Assembly (NCBI GenBank): GCA_964589935.1
Contig: CAZPVD010000009.1
Span: forward strand, 88,969-152,968
Direction: 5' to 3'
Length of the DNA: 64,000 nt
Source: an uncultured Verrucomicrobiota bacterium
Lineage (GTDB): Bacteria > Verrucomicrobiota > Verrucomicrobiia > Limisphaerales > VHCN01
Below are positions 40,129 through 50,528 of the stretch, piece by piece (within the stretch, counting starts at the first letter, position 1; each line of letters opens with the position of its first letter). The notes under the pieces were generated by a model. The model was not told the origin of the DNA. It saw nothing but the letters and a program-made list of their open reading frames with translations, and did no database searches. The translations under genes were made by a program, and so were the position numbers.

Positions 40129-40476
40129 ATGAAAAAATACAACCACCTGACAGCAGTCGCCGTTCTTACACTTGGATTGACGCTCACATTGTTTTCAGCC
40201 GACAGGCCTGCCGATGTTGAGAATGCTTTGCGAAACAGTTCGCATGAACGGTTCAAGTCCCAAGTGTTGAAAGTAATTTCAGCGAAGGATGGCGATGCGC
40301 AGTTTCGAGCTTACATCGTTAAGTGGAAAGATCAGGAAGTGATCGTTAGTGACCCTCTTGTGAAGAGCGATCACCAAGTCGGGGATACTATTACAGTTCT
40401 AGTAATAAATCTTCCGTCTCCTGCCGGAAGGCCTGGGCCGCGACTTTTGAATTTTAGTATTGTCCCGCAGTTCTGA
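40129..40476 (+). CDS. Small secreted hypothetical protein encoded by a low-GC gene
   Basis: Signal peptide MKKYNHLTAVAVLTLGLTLTLFSA. Gene GC about 47% against about 64% for the surroundings. No recognisable domain. Confidence 0.5.
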   Translation: MKKYNHLTAVAVLTLGLTLTLFSADRPADVENALRNSSHERFKSQVLKVISAKDGDAQFRAYIVKWKDQEVIVSDPLVKSDHQVGDTITVLVINLPSPAGRPGPRLLNFSIVPQF

Positions 40477-40605
40477 GCATCCATTTCTGGATTCTTCCCA
40501 GCGTTTTCTCCCTCACACTTTCCCTCTCTCGCAAGGCGATGGCCGGGGTGAAGGGGAACGGTTCCGCCACGAACATCGCCGCGTCGTGAGCCGAAGCGCT
40601 GGTCG

Positions 40606-42363
40606 CTAGAGGCGCCGCTTCTCTTTCACCCACTCGTTGACGGAGCGTTCCAAAATATCCAGCGGCACGGCGCCGTTGCGCAGGACGATGTCGTGGAATT
40701 CTCGCACGTCGAACTTCGCGCCTAGTTCCCTCGCCGCGCGGGCGCGGAGTTCCTTGAGCTTGAGTTCACCGATCTTGTAGGCGAGCGCCTGGCCGGGCCA
40801 ACTGATGTAGCGGTCTATCTCGTTGATGATGTCGTTCTCCTGCTTGGCGGCGTTGTCCTTGAAGTAGTCAATCGCGCGCTGCCGGTCCCATTGCATCGAG
40901 TGGATGCCGGTGTCCACGACGAGGCGGACGGCGCGCCACATTTCGTAGGTGAGCTGGCCGAACTTGGCGTAAGGGTCGTCGTAGAGGCCCATCTCCTCGC
41001 CGAGTGATTCGGAGTAAAGTCCCCAGCCCTCGACGAACGCCGTGTAGCCGCCGTGACGGCGGAACTGCGGCAGCTCGCCCTGTTCCTGCGCGAGGGCGAT
41101 TTGCAGGTGATGGCCGGGCACGGACTCGTGGAGCGAGAGCGCCATCATCTCCCACTTGGGCCGCGTCTCGGGGCGGTAGAGGTTCACGAAGAAGCTCCCC
41201 GCGCGCGAGCCGTCCGCCGCGGGCGGTCGGTAGTAGGCCGTCGTCGTGTCGGGCGCGATGTTGTCGGGGATCGGCTCGACGCCGTAGGGCGTGCGCGGCA
41301 GCGTGCGGAAAACTTTCACGAGCAATGGATCAATGCGCTTGCTCATCGCGCGGTAGCCGTCGAGCAATTCTTGAGGCGACTTGTAATAGAATTGCGGGTC
41401 GCCGCGCAGGAAGGTGAAGAATTCTGCGAGGGAGCCTTTGAAGCCGGCTTTGTCCTTGATGGCGAGCATCTCGGCGCGGATGCGCGCGACTTCCTTCAAG
41501 CCCAGCTCGTGAATCTCGCGCGGCGTGAGCGCAGTGGTCGTGAACTTGCGCGCCTCGAACGCGTAGAGCTTCTCGCCGTCGGGCATCTGCCAGCAGCCGA
41601 CGTGGTCAAAGCACGCGGGCAGATAATCCTTCGTGAAGAATTCGTGGAACTGCCGGTAGGCGGGCACGACGCGTTGAGTGATGACTTCCCGCGCGGCGGC
41701 GCGAAGGCGGGTTCGGTCCGCTTCGGGAATGGAGTTCGGAATGTTTGCGAACGGTTTGTAGAACGGGCTTTTCTCCGCGTCGCCGACGATCTGCTTTTCA
41801 ATCTGCGCAGGCACGCGCTGCATGACGATTTTTGGCTGGACCATGCGGACGCGGATGCCTTCTCGCATGAGCGCGGTGGTTTGCTCGACGTAGCGGGGCA
41901 GGGCACGGAGGCGCGCGAGCCAGTCCTCGAAATCCTTCACGGTGTCGAAGCGGAGGCTGTCGGCGAGTTCATCCTCGGTCTGGATGCCGCCGCGCTGGTT
42001 GAGCGGCACGAGATGCCAGCGGAACGGGTGCGCCTCGATGGACTGCGCATATTGCTTCTCGAACAAGTCGAAGTTGAGTTGCTCGGCCAGCGGCAGCGCC
42101 TTGCGATCAATCTTCCTGAGCCGCGCGAGCACGTCTTGATCGTGGCGATGCGCGGCCTCGATGACTGCAAGCGAGAGATCGGGCCACTGGTCGTTCCAGC
42201 GGCGGTCGCCGAGTTCGGATGCCCACGTTGGATTGTGCTGCATCGTGTATTCCCACTCGGTGTCGAAGAGGGAGTGAAGCGCGCGCGTGGCGGAGTTGGT
42301 TGCGGAAGTTGCGGGGAATGCGAACGCGGCAGAGAGCAGGACAACAAGCAGAAATGGATTCAT
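40606..42363 (-). CDS. DUF885 family protein (putative secreted metallopeptidase-like)
   Basis: Signal peptide [29 protein letters not shown] motif region typical of DUF885. About 585 aa. Confidence 0.65.
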   Translation of the reverse strand: MNPFLLVVLLSAAFAFPATSATNSATRALHSLFDTEWEYTMQHNPTWASELGDRRWNDQWPDLSLAVIEAAHRHDQDVLARLRKIDRKALPLAEQLNFDLFEKQYAQSIEAHPFRWHLVPLNQRGGIQTEDELADSLRFDTVKDFEDWLARLRALPRYVEQTTALMREGIRVRMVQPKIVMQRVPAQIEKQIVGDAEKSPFYKPFANIPNSIPEADRTRLRAAAREVITQRVVPAYRQFHEFFTKDYLPACFDHVGCWQMPDGEKLYAFEARKFTTTALTPREIHELGLKEVARIRAEMLAIKDKAGFKGSLAEFFTFLRGDPQFYYKSPQELLDGYRAMSKRIDPLLVKVFRTLPRTPYGVEPIPDNIAPDTTTAYYRPPAADGSRAGSFFVNLYRPETRPKWEMMALSLHESVPGHHLQIALAQEQGELPQFRRHGGYTAFVEGWGLYSESLGEEMGLYDDPYAKFGQLTYEMWRAVRLVVDTGIHSMQWDRQRAIDYFKDNAAKQENDIINEIDRYISWPGQALAYKIGELKLKELRARAARELGAKFDVREFHDIVLRNGAVPLDILERSVNEWVKEKRRL

Positions 42364-42428
42364 GTCGTTAAAGTTTTCCGTCCTCCATTCCTCGACCAAC
42401 AAGGCCGAGGACGATTTCAACGAATCCG

Positions 42429-43799
42429 TCACGCGGGCTTGTGGGCCAGCACGACTTCGAGGCCTTCGCGGGCGGCTTCGACTTCGAGCATTGCGCCGTG
42501 CATGACGGCGAGTTCGCGCGCCCAGTCGGCCATCTTGGTCACGTGCGCGTCATCGTGGTCGGGATCGTGGTGGAAGAGGAAGAGTTTCTTCACGTTGGCG
42601 ACGACGGCGAGGGCGACCACGTCGTCCACGCAGCCGTGGCCCCAGCCGACGTGGGCCTTGTATTCGGCGGCGTCGTATTGCGCGTCCATCACGAGCACGT
42701 CGGCGTCGCGGATGAACTCGATGAGCTTTTCGTCCTGCTGCTGGGCGTAGCTGAGGTTGTCGTAGGATTGCGCGGCCATGGCGCCCGGTGTGGTGCGGAG
42801 GCGTGAATAAGGCTCGTTGTCGGGAAGGTAGCAGACGGAGCCGCCGCTGGTTTCGAGTCGGTAGCCCATGCAGATGCCGGGATGGTTGAGGAAGGTGGCC
42901 TTGACCTTCACCGCGCCGATGTTGAACTCCATGTTCTTGATTTCCTCGACGTGGAGGTGACTTGGCATCTGCTGCATGGAGATGGGGAAGTAGGGGCTTT
43001 CCATCTGGCTCGACAGCGTTGCGGAAAGGCCGTGGGTCGCGCCCTCGTAGCCGATGATTCGCACCTTGTTCTTCGGCGAATAGGCGGGGATGAAAAACGG
43101 GAAGCCCTGGATGTGGTCCCAGTGCGTGTGCGAGATGAGCACGGTGACGTGAATGGGCGTGTCCTTGAATTCCTTGATGAGCATGCGTCCGAGCTGGCGG
43201 ATGCCCGTGCCGGCGTCGAGGATGATGATTTCGCCATCGGCGCGGACTTCGAGGCACGAGGTGTTGCCGCCGTATTGCAGCGTGTCCGGCCCAGGCATCG
43301 GCAGAGAACCGCGCACTCCCCAGAAGCGCACCGTCGGCGGGCGGCCGAGTTGATAAACCATTGGCTCGATTTCCGTGTCACTGTGACGCGGCTGCTTCTT
43401 CAACTCATCCCGTCCCATTCGGAAGTAAGCCGTGTCGGCGCCGATCTTGTCGAGCAGGGTGAAAAGCTCGGCGGGCTTGAAGGGCTTGACGAGGTATTCG
43501 TCCGCGCCGGCTTCGAGCGCGTTGTTGCGGTCGGTCGAGTAGCTGCTGCTGCCGGTGACGATGATCTTGGTGCGGGGAAGCACGTCGCGGCGGGACTGGA
43601 TGGCGCGGCAGACCTGGAAGCCGTTGAAGCGCGGCATCAGCACTTCGCAGACGACGACGTCCGGGCTTTTTTCAACGGCGAGCCGCACGCCATCTTCGCC
43701 GCCGCGCGTGTAATACACGGCCCACCCGGCTTCCTTGAGCGGCTGGGAAAGCGCGACTGACAGCGCTCCATCATCATCAATCAGGAGGATGCTCTTCAT
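42429..43799 (-). CDS. Receiver domain fused to MBL-fold metallo-hydrolase, paralog 1 (Glu at the phospho-acceptor position)
   Basis: REC: ILLIDDD...[13 protein letters not shown] (E where D is expected)...YLVKPF. MBL: [13 protein letters not shown] (HxHxDH), C-terminal HHDPDHDD. 42-nt tract identical to paralog 2. Confidence 0.8.
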   Translation of the reverse strand: MKSILLIDDDGALSVALSQPLKEAGWAVYYTRGGEDGVRLAVEKSPDVVVCEVLMPRFNGFQVCRAIQSRRDVLPRTKIIVTGSSSYSTDRNNALEAGADEYLVKPFKPAELFTLLDKIGADTAYFRMGRDELKKQPRHSDTEIEPMVYQLGRPPTVRFWGVRGSLPMPGPDTLQYGGNTSCLEVRADGEIIILDAGTGIRQLGRMLIKEFKDTPIHVTVLISHTHWDHIQGFPFFIPAYSPKNKVRIIGYEGATHGLSATLSSQMESPYFPISMQQMPSHLHVEEIKNMEFNIGAVKVKATFLNHPGICMGYRLETSGGSVCYLPDNEPYSRLRTTPGAMAAQSYDNLSYAQQQDEKLIEFIRDADVLVMDAQYDAAEYKAHVGWGHGCVDDVVALAVVANVKKLFLFHHDPDHDDAHVTKMADWARELAVMHGAMLEVEAAREGLEVVLAHKPA

Positions 43800-43873
43800 C
43801 CCTGAGAGGGCTGCGGCGGACGATGGCAATTTCCACTTGGAATGACAAGCTGGAAGCGGACGGGGACTTTACC

Positions 43874-45217
43874 CTAGGCCGCCACCGTTGGCGCGGGCGC
43901 GTGAAGCAGCACTTCGAGGCCCTCGCGCGCAGCCTCGACAATCAAGTCGCTGCCGGCGGTCTGAACCAGTTCGCGTGCGCGTCCGACGAGACGCGAAATG
44001 TGCGCGTCGTCGTGACCGGGATCGTGGTGGAAAAGGTAGAGACGCTTCACCTTCGCTGCGAGCGCGAGCGCCACGCTGTCCTCCATGCAACTGTGTCCCC
44101 AGCCGACGTGGTCGAGGTATTCCTTCTCGTCGTATTGCGCGTCGAGAACAAGCACATCCACGTTCTCGATGAACTTCCGCAGCTTTTCATCCTCGTGCTT
44201 GGCGAAGTTCATCGCCTCGGTGTTGTCTGTATTTTCGTTGCCTTTCGAGTGCAGGCGCATCCGCGTGAAGGACTCGTGGTCCGGGATGAAGCCGAGCGAG
44301 CCGCGCGACGTGTTGATCCGGTAGCCGACGCAGATGCCGGGATGGTTCACAAACATCGTGGACACCTCGACGCGGCCGATGTGGAACGATTGCGAGCGCA
44401 GTTCCTCGAACGTGATGTTGCCGGGCATCTCCCACAGGCCGATGGGGAAATACGAGCGCGCCATCTGCCCGGCGAGCGCGTTTTCGAGGCCCTGTTGCGT
44501 GCCCTCGTAGCCATACACGCGCAGGCGGTTGTGCTGGTTGTAGGCGGGGCTGAAAAACGGGAAGCCCTGGATGTGGTCCCAGTGCGTGTGCGTGACAAGC
44601 AGGCTGACGTTGATGGCGCGGTCCTTGAACTCCTGCGCCAACTGCATCCCCAGCACGCGAATGCCTGAGCCGGCGTCGAGAACGATGAGTTCGTCGTCCG
44701 CGCGCACTTCGACGCACGTCGTGTTGCCGCCGTAAAAAACCGTTCCCGGCCCCGGCGTTGGAATCGAACCGCGCACGCCCCAGAACTTGAGCTTGTTCCG
44801 CCGCGTGAAGACCGTCGAGCCGCCCTCGGCCGCGGGCACGGGCTGCGGCGTGAAGTTCTCCACCGGCTCCAGCCGCTCGATGAGCTCTTTTGCGTTGATG
44901 GGCTTGACGAGATATTCGTCCGCGCCCGCCTCGAACGCGTTCAGCCGGTCGGTTGCGTAATCACGGCTGGAAACCACGACGATGAAGGTCTTCGGCAGCA
45001 GGCTGCGCTTCTCGCGCAGCGCGCGGCAGACTTGGAAGCCGTTGCAGCGCGGCATGAGCAGGTCGCACAGCACCACGCCCGGCTGCTTCTCCAGCGCCAT
45101 CGCGATGCCCCGGTCGCCGTCCTCCGCCTCATGCACCGTCCAGCCCGCGTCACGAAACGCGCGACCCACAACCGTGCGGATGATGGGGTCATCGTCAATG
45201 AGGAGGATGCTGCGCAT
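43874..45217 (-). CDS. Receiver domain fused to MBL-fold metallo-hydrolase, paralog 2 (canonical Asp acceptor)
   Basis: REC: ILLIDDD...VVLCDLLMPRCNG...YLVKP. MBL: [21 protein letters not shown]. Tandem with paralog 1 with a 74-nt gap. Confidence 0.8.
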   Translation of the reverse strand: MRSILLIDDDPIIRTVVGRAFRDAGWTVHEAEDGDRGIAMALEKQPGVVLCDLLMPRCNGFQVCRALREKRSLLPKTFIVVVSSRDYATDRLNAFEAGADEYLVKPINAKELIERLEPVENFTPQPVPAAEGGSTVFTRRNKLKFWGVRGSIPTPGPGTVFYGGNTTCVEVRADDELIVLDAGSGIRVLGMQLAQEFKDRAINVSLLVTHTHWDHIQGFPFFSPAYNQHNRLRVYGYEGTQQGLENALAGQMARSYFPIGLWEMPGNITFEELRSQSFHIGRVEVSTMFVNHPGICVGYRINTSRGSLGFIPDHESFTRMRLHSKGNENTDNTEAMNFAKHEDEKLRKFIENVDVLVLDAQYDEKEYLDHVGWGHSCMEDSVALALAAKVKRLYLFHHDPGHDDAHISRLVGRARELVQTAGSDLIVEAAREGLEVLLHAPAPTVAA

Positions 45218-45338
45218 TCCGTGGGGCGAGTCTCGCAACTTTCCGCGAAAACACAAGCGCGGCGTGAACGCGCCTGTGGCATTGACTTTTCACCCGCAAG
45301 CGCGGAACTTCCGCACAAGCCCGAACCAAGCTCCGCCT

Positions 45339-46256
45339 ATGAAAACTCTGCTTCCCTCCGCGCTGGCCTTCGTCGCCGCGCTCTCACTGCAATCAAACAT
45401 CGCCGCGCAGGATCGCGCCGAGCCGCGCTCGCGCGACGCGAACACGCAGCGTGATGAAAAACCGCGCGCCGAGGAGCCGCGCCGTCGCGATGGCGGCGAG
45501 CGTGAGGCGCAAGTCGCGAAGCTGCGCGCCCAGCTCGAAGAACTCGCCGCCGCCGGCAAGTTCGACGAAGCCGCCGAGGTCAAACGCCGCATCGCCGAGC
45601 TGACTGAACGCCGCGCGCCTGATGCGGGTGGAGACAATCCTGAAATCGCCCAGCTCCAGAAGAAACTTCATGAGCTGGTTGAACAGCAGCGCTTCGACGA
45701 GGCCGCGCAGGTCAAGCGCCGGATCGAGGAGATCGCCGGCGCACGCGGCCAGCACGCCGAGCAGCGCGGCGGCGACCGTGTCGCCCAACGCGGCGGTGAA
45801 CGCGGTGACAATACCGAGGCCCGGCTACAAGCGATGATGGCCCAAGCCGAGAAGCTTCGCGCCGCCGGTCAAAATGAAGAAGCCGAGCGTATCATGCGCG
45901 ACGCGGGCGAACTCAAGCGACAGCTTGCCGATCCGCGTGGACGCGGCGAAAGAGCCGAACGAGGCGACAACCCGGAAGCTCGCCTTCAGGCGATGATGGC
46001 CCAGGCAGAGAAACTTCGCGCCGCTGGTCAGAACGAGGAAGCCGACCGCATCGTGCGTGAAGTGGGCGAAGCCAAACGCCAGCTCACAGAGCGCCGCGAA
46101 CGCGTGGCGGGAGACGGGCGTGTCGCCGAACGTCCGGGCCGCGACCCCCGCGCCGACGAAGTGTTCGCCAACATCAAGGAACTTCGCGCCGAGTTGAACG
46201 AACTTCGCCAGGCCGTTGCGGAACTGAAACGGCAGCTCGACGAAAAGAAGAAGTAG
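45339..46256 (+). CDS. Secreted coiled-coil repeat protein with UvrB/UvrC (UVR)-like motifs
   Basis: Signal peptide MKTLLPSALAFVAALSLQSNIAAQ. Four repeats of the FDEAAEVKRRIAEL / NEEAERIMRDAGELKRQL type. Highly charged E/R/A-rich. The supplied ORF (44982..) extends upstream into the REC-MBL gene and was trimmed. Confidence 0.6.
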   Translation: MKTLLPSALAFVAALSLQSNIAAQDRAEPRSRDANTQRDEKPRAEEPRRRDGGEREAQVAKLRAQLEELAAAGKFDEAAEVKRRIAELTERRAPDAGGDNPEIAQLQKKLHELVEQQRFDEAAQVKRRIEEIAGARGQHAEQRGGDRVAQRGGERGDNTEARLQAMMAQAEKLRAAGQNEEAERIMRDAGELKRQLADPRGRGERAERGDNPEARLQAMMAQAEKLRAAGQNEEADRIVREVGEAKRQLTERRERVAGDGRVAERPGRDPRADEVFANIKELRAELNELRQAVAELKRQLDEKKK

Positions 46257-46264
46257 CTCCGCGC

Positions 46265-46288
46265 CGTGCGGCGGTCTGTGACCGCACG
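46265..46288 (+). terminator. Hairpin (GTGCGG...CCGCAC) after the UVR-repeat gene
   Basis: Inverted repeat 8 nt after the stop codon. Weak T tract. Confidence 0.3.
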
Positions 46289-46460
46289 CAGTTTGAGTTC
46301 AATCCGTCGCGTTGCGCGGCCCGGCTGATTCAACGAAACCGCATCAGGTTCCACGGCGTCATTTCCTCTGCTGTGCATCGGAAAGAGTTTGCAACTTTTT
46401 CTGTGCGCGGTGTGTGGTTAATCTGTCCGTGAATTCTGACAAACAAAAGGAAACCTGTAT

Positions 46461-47027
46461 ATGACGATGGCATATGTGTTGACGTGGGTTGTGTGCATCA
46501 TCGCGGCGATGCTCATGTTCTTGGCCTACTGGCTTGCGGCCGCCGCGCTGGGTCCCAATGTCGTGGCGCGTGCCGCCGCGCAGTATCGCCGGCCCGTGCG
46601 GCTCACGCTGCTCGGCCTGCTCATGGTAGTGCCGCTCGTGCTGCTTGGCATCGGCTGCCTCAAGCTCAACAACCCGTTCTTCGTCATAATCGGCATCGGC
46701 TTGCTGGCGTTTCCGGTCATCGTCGGAATGATTGGCTCGGCGGGCCTGTGCCAGCGCATCGGCTCCGGCCTCGGCGCCCCGGCGGATGACGCGCAGCCGT
46801 GGCGTCGCGTGCTACGCGGTGGCACGGTGCTTGTGCTCACGTTTTTGCTGCCGTTATTCGGTTGGGTTGCGCTCACGGTCTGGACGCTCGTGAGCGGATT
46901 TGCCGCCGCGATGCTTTCCTTCCGCGCGCCGAAACCGGATTCCAGCGTCACTCGGACCGTGCCCGCGCAGGCGCCGGTTTCCGCTGTCCAGCCGCCGCCC
47001 ATCATCGCGACGCAATCCGCGGCCTGA
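46461..47027 (+). CDS. Integral membrane protein (4 predicted TM), function unknown
   Basis: Four hydrophobic segments. The stop overlaps the DUF1800 start (ATGA). Confidence 0.55.
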   Translation: MTMAYVLTWVVCIIAAMLMFLAYWLAAAALGPNVVARAAAQYRRPVRLTLLGLLMVVPLVLLGIGCLKLNNPFFVIIGIGLLAFPVIVGMIGSAGLCQRIGSGLGAPADDAQPWRRVLRGGTVLVLTFLLPLFGWVALTVWTLVSGFAAAMLSFRAPKPDSSVTRTVPAQAPVSAVQPPPIIATQSAA

Positions 47028-48553
47028 TGCAACTTTCCCGCCGCCATTTCCTGCACGCCGGCACCGGTGCGGCGCTCGCCGCCGCAGTCGGGTGCGACGT
47101 GCCGAAACCGCTGGAGCCGCTGACGAAGGCGATCCTCCCGCCGCAGCGTCCGTCCGCGAAAGGGCCGTTCACCCCGCCGTGCTCGGAGGAAATTGACGCC
47201 GTTTCGCACGTGCTGAACCGCTTCACGTTTGGCGCGCGGCCCGGCGATTACGAGCGCGTGCGAAAACTCGGAACAACACCGGAAGACGCGGCGCATGTTT
47301 TTTTTGAGAAGCAACTTCATCCCGACCGCATCGCGGACGAGTTCGCCGAGTGGCAGGTGAAGAGTTTCGAGACGTTGAGCGAGCCGGTCGGCGAACTCTT
47401 CGAATACGAGGGCAAGGTGCTGCTGGACGAGTTGCAGCGCGCGACGATCCTGCGCGCGATTCACAGCGAGCGGCAGCTCTACGAGGTGATGGTTCATTTT
47501 TGGAGCGACCACTTCAACATTGATCCGAGCAAGGCCGACTGCCGCTGGCTCAAGACCGCCGATGACCGAGACGTGATTCGCGCGCACGCGCTTGGCAATT
47601 TCGCCGAGATGCTTCGCGCCAGCGCGCTCAGCCCCGCGATGCTCTGGTATCTCGATGGCCGCGCAAATCAAAAGGCGAAAGCCACCGACCGGCCCAACGA
47701 AAATTACGCTCGCGAACTGCTCGAACTCCACACGCTCGGCGTCCACGGCGGCTACTCGCAAAAGGACGTGATGGAGGTCGCGCGCTGTCTCACGGGCTGG
47801 ACCGTGCGCAGTGTGCATCCGCGCCAGTTCGACCTCGGCAAGGTGGAGTTCAACGCCAAGTTGCACGACAAAGGCGCGAAGGTCGTGCTCGGCCGCGACA
47901 TTCCCGCGTGGCCGGCGAAACTTTCCGCCGAGGAACAGATCAAGCGCGGCGAATGGGAGTTGGACCGCGTCCTCGAAATCGCCATGCAGCATCCGGCCAC
48001 GGCAAAGCACATCGCGACGAAACTCTGCCGCCGCTTCATCGCCGACCAACCGCCACAAAACGCCGTGGACAAAGTCGCGTCGGCATTTACCGGCAGCGAC
48101 GGTGACATCCGCACGACGCTGTGCGCGCTGTTCGACACGCCGGAGTTTTGGGCCGCGCGCGGCACGAAGCTCAAGCGGCCGTTTCACTTCATCGCCTCCA
48201 CGCTGCGCGCGACGGGCGCGGAGACGGATGCGCCGCATCATCTCATCAACGTCCTGCTGCGCATGGGCCACGCGCCGTTCACGTATCCGACGCCGGACGG
48301 TTTTCCCGAGGAAGCCTCGCCGTGGCTTGGCACGATGTTGTGGCGCTGGAACTTTGCCGTCGAACTCTGCGAAGGCGGCGTGAAGAACGCGCGCGTGGAC
48401 ACGGCGGAATTGAAGAAGGCGCACAATGGCGACGAGGGCCTGATGGCGCACCTGCTTGGCCGCAAGCCGACCGCCGCCGAGATCGAGTGCTATCACGAAA
48501 GTGGCGCGGGCCTTCCGCTGATGCTTTCATCTCCGACGTTCCAGAGGTGCTGA
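47027..48553 (+). CDS. DUF1800 family protein (Tat-exported)
   Basis: MQLSRRHFLHAGTGAALAAAVG twin-Arg signal. DUF1800 core (LWYLDGRANQKAKATDRPNENYARELLELHTLG). Confidence 0.75.
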   Translation: MQLSRRHFLHAGTGAALAAAVGCDVPKPLEPLTKAILPPQRPSAKGPFTPPCSEEIDAVSHVLNRFTFGARPGDYERVRKLGTTPEDAAHVFFEKQLHPDRIADEFAEWQVKSFETLSEPVGELFEYEGKVLLDELQRATILRAIHSERQLYEVMVHFWSDHFNIDPSKADCRWLKTADDRDVIRAHALGNFAEMLRASALSPAMLWYLDGRANQKAKATDRPNENYARELLELHTLGVHGGYSQKDVMEVARCLTGWTVRSVHPRQFDLGKVEFNAKLHDKGAKVVLGRDIPAWPAKLSAEEQIKRGEWELDRVLEIAMQHPATAKHIATKLCRRFIADQPPQNAVDKVASAFTGSDGDIRTTLCALFDTPEFWAARGTKLKRPFHFIASTLRATGAETDAPHHLINVLLRMGHAPFTYPTPDGFPEEASPWLGTMLWRWNFAVELCEGGVKNARVDTAELKKAHNGDEGLMAHLLGRKPTAAEIECYHESGAGLPLMLSSPTFQRC

Positions 48554-48554
48554 C

Positions 48555-49682
48555 ATGGATGCGAAGCTCCAGACTTTCATCTCCGGCAATGGCGACGAGC
48601 GCCGCACGCTGGTTGTCGTGTTCCTGCGCGGCGGCGCGGACGGGCTGAACATGGTCGCGCCGGTCGAGGACGACGGCTATCACAAGGCGCGCCCGCGCAT
48701 CGCGCTCAACTCGGCGAACGCGGTCAAGCTCGACGGCTTCTTCGCGCTCAATCCGCTGCTCAAGGAACTCAAGCCGCTTTACGACGACGGCACGCTCGGC
48801 ATCGTTCACGCCGCCGGCTCGGAGGATTCGACGCGCTCGCATTTTGAGGCGCAAGATTTGATGGAGCACGGCGGCATCGTTGCCGGCGGCTGGCTCGGGC
48901 GTTTTCTTCGCTACAAAACTCCTGCGGCGGGAAGCGCGTTGTCGGCCATCGCGCTTGGCCGCGCGCTGCCGGAGAGTTTGCGCGGCGCGCCGAACGTCAC
49001 GGTGCTGCGGTCGCTCGCGGATTTTTCGTTCGGTCGCGATTCGGGCCGGATGCAGCGCGGGCTGGAAAAACTTTACGCGGCGCAGAACGACTTCCTTGCC
49101 GCGGCGGGTCGCGACACGCTCGCGGCGTTGCGTCGCATCGAGAAGCTGCGCGAGACGCCATACCGGCCCGAACACGACGCGGTGTATGAACGCAGTGAGT
49201 TTGGCGATGGCCTGCGCCAGATCGCGCAACTCATCAAGGCGCGCGTCGGTCTCGAAGCGGCCACGCTCGATTTGTCCGGGTGGGACTCGCACTTCCAGCA
49301 AAGCTCGGTCATGGACCCGCGCATGGTTCAGCTCGCGCGCGGTCTGGCGGCGTTTACGCGCGACCTCGGCCCGGCGCTCGAAACGGTGAGCGTGGTGGTG
49401 ATGACGGAGTTTGGCAGGCGCTTTTTCGAGAACTCTTCGTTCGGCACCGATCACGGGCGCGGAAGCGTGATGTTCGTGTTCGGCGGCGACATCAAGGGCG
49501 GGCGAGTGCTCGGCCAGTGGCCCGGCCTGACGAACGACGTGCTCGAAGGCCCCGGCGACCTGCCTGTGACGACGAACTATCGCGACGTGCTCGCACCCAT
49601 CGTTTCGCGCCACGGCGGCGGCGATGTGCTCGCGCGAATTTTCCCCGATTACCAACTCAAGCCGCTCGCGTTGCATGGTTGA
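48555..49682 (+). CDS. DUF1501 family protein (second copy; partner of DUF1800)
   Basis: LVVVFLRGGADGLNMV, DSHF..., TEFGRR, TDHG motifs. Immediately follows the DUF1800 gene. Confidence 0.75.
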   Translation: MDAKLQTFISGNGDERRTLVVVFLRGGADGLNMVAPVEDDGYHKARPRIALNSANAVKLDGFFALNPLLKELKPLYDDGTLGIVHAAGSEDSTRSHFEAQDLMEHGGIVAGGWLGRFLRYKTPAAGSALSAIALGRALPESLRGAPNVTVLRSLADFSFGRDSGRMQRGLEKLYAAQNDFLAAAGRDTLAALRRIEKLRETPYRPEHDAVYERSEFGDGLRQIAQLIKARVGLEAATLDLSGWDSHFQQSSVMDPRMVQLARGLAAFTRDLGPALETVSVVVMTEFGRRFFENSSFGTDHGRGSVMFVFGGDIKGGRVLGQWPGLTNDVLEGPGDLPVTTNYRDVLAPIVSRHGGGDVLARIFPDYQLKPLALHG

Positions 49683-49787
49683 GCTGAGGTGATTTCGCTT
49701 GAACGCGGCGGCGCGGCACGATAGCCAAGGGGCAGTTCATTCATCCAAAAGCGATGTCTTGTCCCAGTTGATCCATTTCCGCACGCC

Positions 49788-50447
49788 ATGAAAATTCGCT
49801 CCGCACTCCTCTCTGCGTTCGCCGTCGTGCTGCTGACCGCGGCCTCCGCCCGCGCGCAGATCGAGATGAACACGCCGTGGTATCTGACCGTGGACGCCGC
49901 GCCGGCGTGGATGGACGGCCTGACGGCGCAGGCGAGCGGCGCGATTGCGGCGAGCCAGCACCAGAGCTTCAAGATGGGCGCGCGGCTCGGCGCAACCGTG
50001 GGCTACAACTTCAACGAGTGGTTCGCGACGGAATTCGAGACCGGATACATTTACAACCCGCTGTGGGACGCCGACGCGAGCGGCGACCGCGCGCGGTTGC
50101 ACCGGATTCCTTTCATCTTCAACGCCGTTGCCGCGTGGCGCAATGACACGATCTTCACGCCCTACATCGGCGTCGGCATCGGCGGCATGGCGACGTTTTT
50201 TGACGGCAACTACGACATCGGCGGCACGCGATTGACCGGCTCGGACGCGAGTGTGGACCTCGCGTATCAGGGCTTCGTCGGCATCAGGACCGCCGTGTGC
50301 GAGTGCATGGACTTGAACCTCGCCTACAAAATCACCGGCACGCTCGGCCCCGATTTCCAGCTCGGCTCGCCGCTTGGCGCTGCGCGGCTGAGGCTCGGCG
50401 ACACTCTTACGCACTCGATCTCACTCGGGTTGAGCTACTACTTCTAA
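49788..50447 (+). CDS. Small outer-membrane beta-barrel protein (OmpW/OmpA-like porin family)
   Basis: Signal peptide. Alternating amphipathic beta strands. C-terminal LSYYF (aromatic terminal residue). Confidence 0.6.
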   Translation: MKIRSALLSAFAVVLLTAASARAQIEMNTPWYLTVDAAPAWMDGLTAQASGAIAASQHQSFKMGARLGATVGYNFNEWFATEFETGYIYNPLWDADASGDRARLHRIPFIFNAVAAWRNDTIFTPYIGVGIGGMATFFDGNYDIGGTRLTGSDASVDLAYQGFVGIRTAVCECMDLNLAYKITGTLGPDFQLGSPLGAARLRLGDTLTHSISLGLSYYF

Positions 50448-50528
50448 AACGTCGCGTCTGTTCTGCGGCGGAACTTGATTTGTCTCGTGTAACATGAGCG
50501 CATTCGTGCGCGTCTGCCACACACACGC

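Noticed and set aside
41053-42750. 565-aa plus-strand ORF antisense to DUF885 and REC-MBL1
   Set aside because: Shadow ORF spanning two well-supported minus-strand genes.
44982-45338. 5' extension of the UVR-repeat protein ORF (MKVFGSRL...)
   Set aside because: This portion overlaps the REC-MBL2 coding region on the opposite strand and lacks a signal peptide. The internal ATG at 45339 gives a canonical signal peptide start.
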